NCBI RefSeq assembly: GCF_000020385.1
Contig: NC_010814.1
Location: 3,600,001 to 3,632,000 of the forward strand
From: Trichlorobacter lovleyi SZ
Lineage (GTDB): Bacteria > Desulfobacterota > Desulfuromonadia > Geobacterales > Pseudopelobacteraceae
Length of the DNA: 32,000 nt
Direction of reading: 5' to 3'
The notes beneath the pieces are model-generated. The model did no database searches, had not been told where the DNA came from, and saw nothing but the letters and a program-made list of their open reading frames with translations. Position numbers and translations under genes: made by a program. Positions 16,106-24,200 of this stretch are shown piece by piece; the stretch's first letter is position 1; each line of letters begins with the position of its first letter.

Positions 16106-18105
16106 CGGCTGTTCTCCTTGCACCAGCGTTGCCAGATCTGACGGTAGACTCCCTCCAGATGGCAGGTGAAGGTACTATTATCAGCAAGGGGCGAAGCCAG
16201 CAGCCGGTCCCGCAAAGAGCTCCTTAGCGCTGCCAAACGGACGGTGTCAGCGGCAAGGGCAACGGCAAGAGAACAATACTCTTCCGGCGAATTACCAATC
16301 AGTTCAGGCAGTCCAACGCTGTGCAGCAGACTGACGCCGACCCGCGAAACATGGCTGTCGCCAGCCCTGGTCACCACCGGCACCCCCATACAGAGCGCTT
16401 CACAGGTAGTGGTGGTACCATGATAGGGAAAGGTATCCAATGCAATATCAATGGTATGGTACCCCTCAAGGTTTTCCACCACGGACCGGGCATGCCCCAA
16501 TACAGAAATCCGCTCCGGAGCAACCTGATGCCGCAGGAAGAGCGGGGCAATATCACGCACAAAACGATCGTGGGAAAGCCCCCTGGCCCTGAAAACAAGG
16601 TGGGAATCAGGAACTTTGGCAAGTATCCGTGCCCAAAGGTCAAGGATGTCAGGCGTCACTTTCTTGAAGTTACTGAAAGAGCCAAAGGTGACATACCCGT
16701 TTGTCTGACAAGGCAATGATCCCACAGCCGGAAAATCAGCTCCGGGACGATAGCAGAGAAAGCTGTCCGGCAGACGGATCAGCTCTTCGGTGTGAAACGG
16801 ATCGGTCACGCCCGGAGGGTCGGCCCAGGCATCACTGATCCGGTAATCCATCTCCATCAGACCGGTACTGTTTGGATAGCCGATCCAGCTGACCTGCAGC
16901 GGTGCCGCCCGCCCGGCAAACAACGGCAGGCGGTTCAGGGCGGTATGCCCTGCCAGATCCACCAGTACGTCAATCTGATCCTGCAGAAGCAGTTCCTGCA
17001 CCGACGCATCATCCATTGCCGAACAATCACGCCAGATCACGTGGTGCTGTTCTTTCAGCTGGCGTGTCACAACATCGGGCTTTTTAACATCCGAGTAGCA
17101 ATAGACTGTTACCTGAGCTGGATCGTGAGCAGCCAGAACCGGCTGGAGAAAGAATACGACGGCATGAATCTTCAGGTCGGGAGAGAGGTAGGCAACCCTG
17201 ATCGGGCGGTCAGGATCAGGATCGTTGGCAAAATGTTTCATTGCCACAGGCTCAAAATACTGTTGGCCCCAGTTTTTATGCTCTGCAGCTATGGCTGCTG
17301 CCGACCAGTTGGCTGAATAATGCAACATAAACAGACGTGTGCTGGCCAAGGCACGCTTCTGGAAGAGATGGTTTGAACTCGCAATGGCCAGGTCAAAGCA
17401 GGCAATCGCATCATCAACCATCCAGAGCTCACTCAGGCAATTGGCAGTGCTGCCAAGCAGTTCGGCCCGTTCATCCGGCCTTACAAGCTCCAGCACCCGC
17501 TGATAGCAGGCCAGAGACTCCTCGAACCGGAACATCTTCCCGTACACTATTGCCAGATTCCCGATCAAGGCAACATTGTCTGAATCAAGGTGAAGACCAT
17601 GGCGGCAGGAGTGGAGCGCTCCATCATTGTCATCGCTTGCCAGACAGACGGCTGTCAGGTTGATCCACGAATTGAGATGCTGCGGATCAATCGCAAGCGC
17701 CTGCTCAAACGCATGCCTGGCCGGCTCCATGCGCTCGAGCCGCTGCAACAGGACCCCTCGGTTGTAATAAAGGTTTACGGTTGTTTCACCAAGTGCCTCA
17801 GCTTCGTCAAAAGCGGCCAACGCCTCTTCAAAGCACCCCAGTTCCTGCAGAGCCAGTGCCAGGTTTATCCGTAAAAAGCCAATCTCAAGAGCCAGATTAC
17901 AGGCCTGCCGGTACAATATGGCTGCCTCATCCCAGGAGCCTGTGGCATACATGATCGTTGCCAGCATGAAGGTAGCCTCAAGGTTACCACTGTCCAGCTG
18001 CAGGATTCTGCGGCAGATCAGCGCTGCTTCTTCATGGAATCCCTGACGGTTCAGGGTCTCTGCTTGATCAAGCGAACACAGTATATCCGGTTGCATCTGC
18101 TCCAC
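16102..18105 (-). CDS. TPR-repeat protein with C-terminal GT41 (OGT / SPINDLY-type) glycosyltransferase domain; paralog of 14315..16105
   Basis: 667-aa ORF starting at GTG 18105, with GGAGG (18116-18120, minus strand) about 10 nt upstream. The N-terminal ~300 aa are TPRs. The C-terminal half has IRVAYLSPDLKIHAVVFF, DLAGHTALN, APLQVSWIGYPNSTGL, VTFGSFS and IDIALDTFPYHGTTTTCEALCMGVPVV, collinear with the downstream paralog. Confidence 0.8.
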   Translation of the reverse strand: MEQMQPDILCSLDQAETLNRQGFHEEAALICRRILQLDSGNLEATFMLATIMYATGSWDEAAILYRQACNLALEIGFLRINLALALQELGCFEEALAAFDEAEALGETTVNLYYNRGVLLQRLERMEPARHAFEQALAIDPQHLNSWINLTAVCLASDDNDGALHSCRHGLHLDSDNVALIGNLAIVYGKMFRFEESLACYQRVLELVRPDERAELLGSTANCLSELWMVDDAIACFDLAIASSNHLFQKRALASTRLFMLHYSANWSAAAIAAEHKNWGQQYFEPVAMKHFANDPDPDRPIRVAYLSPDLKIHAVVFFLQPVLAAHDPAQVTVYCYSDVKKPDVVTRQLKEQHHVIWRDCSAMDDASVQELLLQDQIDVLVDLAGHTALNRLPLFAGRAAPLQVSWIGYPNSTGLMEMDYRISDAWADPPGVTDPFHTEELIRLPDSFLCYRPGADFPAVGSLPCQTNGYVTFGSFSNFKKVTPDILDLWARILAKVPDSHLVFRARGLSHDRFVRDIAPLFLRHQVAPERISVLGHARSVVENLEGYHTIDIALDTFPYHGTTTTCEALCMGVPVVTRAGDSHVSRVGVSLLHSVGLPELIGNSPEEYCSLAVALAADTVRLAALRSSLRDRLLASPLADNSTFTCHLEGVYRQIWQRWCKENSR

Positions 18106-18181
18106 GTATCACGCACCTCCATCAGATTACATGTTTTAGCATGTGCCGGCACAGGACGCCATGCCCAAGAAGCATGAAATA

Positions 18182-18218
18182 TTTTTTACTCAATAGACAA
18201 GAGTTCAACGCCGAATAA
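18182..18218 (+). promoter_or_regulatory. Sigma-28 (FliA)-like promoter of flagellin gene 1
   Basis: TTTTTTACTCAA-N16-GCCGAATAA. TCAA at 18190-18193 is the -35-like element and GCCGA at 18210-18214 is the -10-like element. Compare the consensus TAAA-N15-GCCGATAA. The same 12-mer and the same 16-nt spacing recur upstream of flagellin 2. Confidence 0.55.
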
Positions 18219-18313
18219 GATGAGTAACGACACAACATGGGCTGGTCCTCTTGAAGGAAGCCCACGGCACACCGACCGACTGACGTGTTCCGTCCAAACC
18301 CAAGGAGGCATTA

Positions 18314-19141
18314 ATGGCTATCGGCGATATTTCGCTCACGTCCGGTATGCGGAGCAACCTGCTTTCACTGCAAGGGACCGCAAAATCAATCGACCAGACC
18401 CAAAACCGGCTTTCAAGCGGCAAACGGGTAAACACACCACTGGACAATCCGACCAACTACTTTGCAGCCCAAGGGCACGTAGAACGCGCCTCTGACCTGG
18501 CTGTACGCAAAGATGGCATGGCAGAGGCGATCCAGATGGTCAAGGCAGCCGACACCGGCATCAAGGGAATCACCTCACTGATCGAATCAGCCAAAGGGGT
18601 GGCCACGGCAGCGCTTGCCACCAGTGACACAAATGAACGTTCAACCTATTCTGCCACTTTTAACACCCTGCTCAATCAGGTCTCCATGATGGCCAGCGAC
18701 TCCGGCTATCGCGGTATCAACCTGCTGACCAACGGTTCACAAACCGTTGAATTCGGACAGCGCACCAATGCGTCCACCCTGCAGATCACCGGTTTCAACG
18801 CCACTGCTGCCGGTCTGACCATGCAATCGGCCGTTGCCACGGCCTGGTCTGCATCAGGTAATTCAGCCATCAACTCATCCTCTTCCGAGCTTGAGTCCGC
18901 CCTGAGCTTTCTGCGTACCAAATCTTCAGCCCTGTCGGCTAACCTGAGTGCGGTAACCACCCGTCAGGACTTCACCAACTCCATGATTAACAATCTGCAG
19001 ACCGGTGCTGATAACCTGACCCTGGCCGATACCAACGAAGAAGGCGCCAACATGCTGATGCTACAGACCCGTCAGAACCTTGGCATTACCTCTTTGAGCA
19101 TGGCCTCGCAAGCGGCCCAGGCGGTTCTGAAGCTATTTTAA
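18314..19141 (+). CDS. fliC: Flagellin (short, 275 aa, Caulobacter/Geobacter-type lacking a large variable domain)
   Basis: RBS AAGGAGG 6 nt upstream of the ATG. Conserved flagellin N-terminus (SLTSGMRSNLLSLQ, RLSSGKRVN.PLDNPTNYF) and C-terminus (TRQDFTNSMINNLQTGADNLTLADTNEEGANMLMLQTRQNLGITSLSMASQAAQAVLKLF). Confidence 0.95.
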   Translation: MAIGDISLTSGMRSNLLSLQGTAKSIDQTQNRLSSGKRVNTPLDNPTNYFAAQGHVERASDLAVRKDGMAEAIQMVKAADTGIKGITSLIESAKGVATAALATSDTNERSTYSATFNTLLNQVSMMASDSGYRGINLLTNGSQTVEFGQRTNASTLQITGFNATAAGLTMQSAVATAWSASGNSAINSSSSELESALSFLRTKSSALSANLSAVTTRQDFTNSMINNLQTGADNLTLADTNEEGANMLMLQTRQNLGITSLSMASQAAQAVLKLF

Positions 19142-19177
19142 CCGCCCCATAAAAACAGGATAACAAATATTTTTAAT

Positions 19178-19215
19178 TTTTTTACTCAAGGAGTTGCGCC
19201 TGCTGTCCGATGAAG
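19178..19215 (+). promoter_or_regulatory. Sigma-28 (FliA)-like promoter of flagellin gene 2
   Basis: TTTTTTTACTCAA-N16-TCCGATGAA. TCAA at 19187-19190 and TCCGA at 19207-19211. Same architecture as the promoter at 18182-18218. Confidence 0.55.
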
Positions 19216-19276
19216 TATACTAAGTGGCAACAAAGCGGCAAGAATGCCGTGATAAAATCCAGAAAGGAGCATCACC

Positions 19277-20104
19277 ATGGCTATCAACGACATCTCCCTC
19301 ACCTCCGGCATGAGGAGCAACCTGCTTTCACTGCAAGGCACCTCAAAACTGATTGACCAGACCCAGACCCGCCTCTCTTCAGGCAAAAAGGTTAACACCC
19401 CGCTGGATAACCCGACCAACTATTTTGCAGCACAAGGACATATGGAGCGGGCTGCTGACCTTTCCGTACGTAAAGACGGTATGGCTGAAGCAATTTCCAT
19501 GGTTAAGGCCGCCGATACCGGTATCAAGGCCATTACCTCCCTGATTGAAGCCGCAAAAGGTGTCGCCGGTGCTGCATTGGCAACCAGTGACGCTGCTGAG
19601 CGTTCCACCTACACCACCACCTTCAACACCCTGCTCAGCCAGGTATCGCAGCTTGCTTCCGACTCCGGCTACCGGGGCACCAACCTGCTGACTGCCGGTT
19701 CACAAACCGTTGAATTCGGTCAGCGGACCAACGCTGCTACCCTGCAGATCAGCGGCTTCAGCGCTACTGCAACCGGCCTGACCATCCAGTCTGCTGTTGC
19801 AACTGCCTGGTCAGCATCAGGTAACTCAGCCATCAACTCATCCTCTTCCGAGCTTGAGTCCGCACTGAGCTTCCTGCGTGCCAAGTCTTCATCGCTGTCT
19901 GCAAACCTGAGCGTTGTTACCACCCGTCAGGACTTCACCAACTCCATGATCAACACCCTGCAGACCGGTGCTGACAACCTGACCCTGGCCGATACCAACG
20001 AAGAAGGCGCTAACATGCTGATGCTGCAGACCCGTCAGAACCTGGGCATCACCTCCTTGAGCATGGCTTCCCAGTCAGCTCAGGCAGTTCTGAGACTGTT
20101 CTAA
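19277..20104 (+). CDS. fliC: Flagellin (275 aa), tandem paralog of 18314..19141
   Basis: RBS AAAGGAG upstream. About 32 substitutions out of 275 aa versus the upstream copy by my hand alignment. Same conserved flagellin termini. Confidence 0.95.
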   Translation: MAINDISLTSGMRSNLLSLQGTSKLIDQTQTRLSSGKKVNTPLDNPTNYFAAQGHMERAADLSVRKDGMAEAISMVKAADTGIKAITSLIEAAKGVAGAALATSDAAERSTYTTTFNTLLSQVSQLASDSGYRGTNLLTAGSQTVEFGQRTNAATLQISGFSATATGLTIQSAVATAWSASGNSAINSSSSELESALSFLRAKSSSLSANLSVVTTRQDFTNSMINTLQTGADNLTLADTNEEGANMLMLQTRQNLGITSLSMASQSAQAVLRLF

Positions 20105-20138
20105 TACAATAGTCGCAGACACGCATGAAGGTTGAATC

Positions 20139-20178
20139 AAAGGGGGAGGAGATAACAATCTCCCCCCCTTTACGTTTT
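20139..20178 (+). terminator. Rho-independent terminator after flagellin gene 2
   Basis: AAAGGGGG(A)GGAGAT-AACA-ATCTCCCCCCCTTT forms a GC-rich stem of about 14 bp with one bulged A and a 4-nt loop. It is followed by ACGTTTT. Confidence 0.7.
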
Positions 20179-20209
20179 AACCATCATCGTGTCGTAAAGG
20201 GAGATCGCC

Positions 20210-20854
20210 ATGGAAGTTCAGACAAGCAACGGAGTCAATACTGCGTATCTTTCAGTGCAGCAGACGACGAGCCAGAAGCAGGCCCAGCAATCACAGCAGA
20301 CACAAACAGCTGAGACACAACAGAATACGCCGGACAGCATGGCGCTTAATCCTGCGGCCCAACCGGCAGATCAGGTCAAGCTTTCTTCTTCGGTTACGGT
20401 GAAAAACCTTGACACGGTCAAAGCGATTGAACAGATGCACACCCGCATGAACCAACTGGTAAAAGGAACACGCGAGACGAATGAGGCCTTAAACAAGGCT
20501 GCCGAGCAGGTTAACTTCATGCAGGGCAACCTTACCAGCATCATCAAGAATTTCCCGCCTTTTCCCATTGACAGCAAAGAGCGCCAAGAGCTCCTGATGA
20601 GCTACACCTCAATCCGTCAGGAAATGATGAAAATGACTATACCGCAACCGCCACCGCCAATGTATGAGCAGGTCAAACACGAGTGGGACAAGACGGTGGG
20701 GCAGAATGGCCAGATGCTCTCCAGCGCCGTACCGGCGCTTGAGACAACCAGTAGTGACACCCAGGTAAACGAGGCGGCCGTCCAGCTTGAAAATGCCAGC
20801 GCCGGTCTTGCAAACCTGAGTTCGAGTGTCACAAAGGCGCTGATCGGCGGTTAA
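20210..20854 (+). CDS. Hypothetical protein, flagellar-locus associated (Q/T/S-rich N-terminus; no family recognised)
   Basis: 214-aa ORF with RBS AAGGGAG 7 nt upstream, located immediately after the flagellin terminator. Its stop lies 4 nt before the flbT ATG. I found no FlaF, FlaG or FlgM signature motifs. Confidence 0.7.
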   Translation: MEVQTSNGVNTAYLSVQQTTSQKQAQQSQQTQTAETQQNTPDSMALNPAAQPADQVKLSSSVTVKNLDTVKAIEQMHTRMNQLVKGTRETNEALNKAAEQVNFMQGNLTSIIKNFPPFPIDSKERQELLMSYTSIRQEMMKMTIPQPPPPMYEQVKHEWDKTVGQNGQMLSSAVPALETTSSDTQVNEAAVQLENASAGLANLSSSVTKALIGG

Positions 20855-20858
20855 CCCC

Positions 20859-21278
20859 ATGTCACTAAAAATACGTTTAAAACCACTGGAAAAGATGCTG
20901 ATCGGTAACGCAGTGATTACCAACGGGGACAGAACCACCGAGTTTTTCATTGAAAACAAGGTGCCGATCCTGCGCGAAAAAGAGCTTATGAAAGAAGACG
21001 CCGCCTCGACGCCGGGGCGGCGAATCTACTTTCTGGTTCAGCTGATGTACGTCGATGAAGAGAATTTTGAAACCTATCATAATCAGTTTTGGGAGATTGT
21101 GCGTCAGGTGATTCTGGCAGCTCCGAGCACGACACCGATTATCACCGATATTTGCCATGAGATCATGAACCGCCGCTACTATCAGGCCCTGAAGGAGGCA
21201 CGCCACCTGGTGGATTACGAGCAGGAACTGGTTGATTCCGCAACAGTTCCTGAAGCTGAGGCATCCGCAATGGCCTGA
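20859..21278 (+). CDS. flbT: Flagellar biosynthesis repressor FlbT (post-transcriptional regulator of flagellin synthesis)
   Basis: 139 aa. MSLKIRLKPLEKMLIGNAVITNGDRTTEFFIENKVPILREKELM....TPGRRIYFLVQLMY...YYQALKEARHLVDYEQEL is collinear with the FlbT family as I recall it from Caulobacter (MPLKLSLKPGEKFVLNGAVVQNGDR...LREKDIM...TP.R.IYF...MMY). Confidence 0.85.
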   Translation: MSLKIRLKPLEKMLIGNAVITNGDRTTEFFIENKVPILREKELMKEDAASTPGRRIYFLVQLMYVDEENFETYHNQFWEIVRQVILAAPSTTPIITDICHEIMNRRYYQALKEARHLVDYEQELVDSATVPEAEASAMA

Positions 21279-24200
21279 GCAACGGCTGCAAGCTCCGGGG
21301 AGTTCCCCTGCTGTTGCAACAGGCTGCACCGCACACCACAGAACAGCTGCCTGCAATCCGTTCCGGCTGCCCGTAACTGGCGTAGCAGCTGCCGCCCTTC
21401 TGCCGGATTACCGATACGATAGAGCGCCAGAACGGCAAGTCCCAGCAATACCGGATTGCCGGGACAGCACTGCTGAGCCTGCATCGCGTACCGATACGCC
21501 TCATCTCCCGTATACAGGCAGGTTTCACAGATCGTCTTGTTAACCAGTGCATCGGTAAAGGCTGGATCAATGGCCAGCGCATGCGTGCTGGCATCCACGG
21601 CCTCCCGCAGCTTTCCCTGACGCAATAGCACATACCCCAGATTGAACCATCCTTTTGCTAAATCCGGCTGTTGACTGAGCAGCCTGATCCAAAGCTGTTC
21701 GGCAGTTACGTACTGCTCCAGTTCTGCAGCCTGTACCGCCAGCTCATAGAGGGCCTTGGGATCATCCGGCTGCTCTGCAAGTTTTTTTAATCCCAATGCC
21801 AGGTACTGTTCCTGTTTTGTCTTGTTTTTCTGTTGTTGCAGGGTTCCATAGTGGTGTACCGGCACCGGATGCTGTACCACGGAAAGCCCGGCCTGTTGCG
21901 CGGTTTCCTCAACCATTTCATGGATGGCTCCCCTGAACCTGATATCATGCTGATTCGGAAAAAGCCGGACCTTGTCGCTGGGCGTCCAGCCCGCCCCGGC
22001 TTCGTTTTCCGGATACTCGCCACGACACGCTACAAATCCCTCCAGCCCTGTGCTGAGCGTATAGTTACGGGTCGTCAGACTATATGACTGCCTTGGCGAT
22101 GCTGCAGCCAAAACATCTCTGAAGAGCTGATAATCCCGTACCGAGATCTGTTCATCGGCATCCATCACCAAAATCCAGTCAGCAGTGGCCAGCTCGATTG
22201 AGCGGTTCCTGGCCGCTGAAAAATCATGCTGCCACGCCTGATCCACAACCAGGGCGCCGAACAGCCCGGCAATCTGCCTGGTTCGGTCGGATGAACCGGT
22301 ATCAACAACTATCATTTCATGCACCAGCGGCTTGCACGACGCCAGACAGCGGGCAAGCTGCCGTTCTTCATCCTTCACAATCATGCACAGCGCAACTGAC
22401 CTGCCCGGTTGGGCAGCTACGTGATATGGTCCACTGAGGTGTCGCTGTTTCATGCCGGCCTGCAAGACGCGGTCATCAGGTCCGAATTGATCCAGAAAGG
22501 CCTCTGCCCAGACAAGGCTAGTTTCGCTGCTGTTCTCAAGATCAGCCAGTTCAATCCGCAACCGGGCCAGTCCACGGCTGTGAGGGTACAACCGAAACGC
22601 CTCATCGGCATACTGCGCCAGGCCTGCTCCACCCTGCCGGCGGCCCAGTTCCAGCAGGGCGTCTTGCAGCTCCAGCCGCCACGGCTCCAGTATAAACCCT
22701 TTCAACAGCAGTGCGTCCGCGTACTCCTCGCATCCCTCAGCCCGGGCCAGCTCCACCTGCTGCAATACCGGACAGGTATGATTCGCGCTCGATATAGCCC
22801 GTTCCAGCAGCTCCGCCAGCAACGGCACACCGGGGTGTTCAATGACGGCCTGACGCAGCAGGACGAGGGCCTCATCAATCCGCTCATCCAGCAGCAGCTG
22901 TTCACCCTGCTCAAGCAGACGGCAGACCGCAATCCGTCTGCCCAGATCCGGATCAGTGACCGGCCTGCTCCATTTTTCATGGAAAAGCGCAGCATTACGA
23001 ACCAGAGCAGGTCTGTAGTCAATCCGGTTGCCCTTGAATGTCATGCTGCCATGATGGTGGATATAGACATCTGAGGCCACAAGGTTCTGACGCCCCGCCA
23101 CTGCGGCCCGTATACAGAAGTCATCATCTTCGTAGTTTCCGCTGCCGAACTGCTCATCCAGCAGGCCGATCTCTTCCATGAGTGTCCGATGAAACAGCAT
23201 GCAGAAACCGACAATCCGGCGGGACCGGACCCGGCGGAAGCGGTTACGGATTCTGAATTCAGCGGCAAAGCCATCCAGCCCGCCGGCAGCGGTATAGTCC
23301 GGCAAGGGCAGCACCTGAATACCGCTGGCGCTGTTGCTCAACGGCCCCGCGATCCCTGTACGGGGATGCGAGATATGGCATTCGAGCAGGCCGGAAAGCC
23401 ACTCAGACGTAACAACCACATCATTATTTAGCAGCACGAGGTACTCACCGCGGGCCAGTTGCAGTCCCTGGTTGCAGCCGGCGGCATAGCCGAGGTTCCG
23501 GTCGTTCAGGATCAGATGACAATCGGCATCAGCAGCGCTCAGCTCCTGCAGCCGTGTCCTGGTACCATCGCTGGAGCCATTATCAACGAAAATCAACTCA
23601 TGGGGTTCTGGGGTGTGCTGCCTGATCGAGGCAAGACATTGTTCGGTACAGGCCCACTGATTAAAGGTCAGGATAATGATGGAAACCAGCGGCCTGCCGT
23701 TGCCGGCAACCGGCATTTCCCAGGCGCGGGGCAGGTTGAGCACCCTGTCAAACCTGACAGTCTGGTTGTAGTCCGGTCTGGAAGGGGTAAACCAGTCAAT
23801 CCCCCACAGTTCCATTGGCGCTGGAACCCGGCCCGCGCCATAGTGGGCTGCCAGAATCCGGTACAAGGCATCGCTGCTTTCCTGTACCAGCCGGCCGGTA
23901 GTCGTAACCGGGGCGCTCTTGAAGCTGTGCTGCCCCTCGTGCCAGACAAAGGTGTCAGCTGCTATCATCAGGCGGTAGCCATGCAGCCGCAGCCGCCAGG
24001 ACAGCTCAAGGTCATCGTTGCCCAGAAAAAGCCGTTCATCCAGCCCGCCCAGCCGATGGAGCAGTTCCAGGCGGATCATCAGACAAAAACCGATCAGCAG
24101 CCTGGTCTTTTCCGACCGGCCCTGATTCATCCGGCACAGCAGTTCCGCTGCCTGCTCGGGGTCAATCCCGTGCGGCAGCTCCCCCTGCCAGTGACAGGCC

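Larger units (their letters stand above)
18182..20104 (+). repeat. Tandem duplication of a promoter + flagellin gene unit (coding regions offset by exactly 963 nt)
   Basis: 19277-18314 = 963. Identical nucleotide blocks include GGAGCAACCTGCTTTCACTGCAAGG and GGTTCACAAACCGTTGAATTCGG. A 59-nt block (18842-18900 vs 19805-19863) has only 2 mismatches. Confidence 0.9.

Noticed and set aside
18129-18144. Inverted repeat ACATG-N6-CATGT in the divergent intergenic region between the GT41 gene and flagellin 1.
   Set aside because: The arms are only 5 bp, so it is easily expected by chance. It is not repeated upstream of flagellin 2, and no regulator can be assigned.
18146-18165. Possible sigma-54 (-24 GG / -12 GC) promoter in CGGCACAGGACGCCATGCC, upstream of flagellin 1.
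   Set aside because: The GG-to-GC spacing is 10 or 15 nt instead of the required 12 (TGGCAC-N5-TTGC), and there is no TTGC element.
20125-20313. 62-aa ORF spanning the flagellin terminator and the start of the 214-aa gene.
   Set aside because: It runs through the terminator hairpin, lacks an RBS and overlaps the better-supported ORF at 20210, which has an AAGGGAG RBS.
20210-20854. Calling the 214-aa ORF FlaF, FlaG or FlgM because of its position.
   Set aside because: I could not find the FlaF (EYRL..., N..LW, LP..LR..L), FlaG (V.V.D..TGE.IR.IP) or FlgM C-terminal helix signatures in the translation. It is left as hypothetical.
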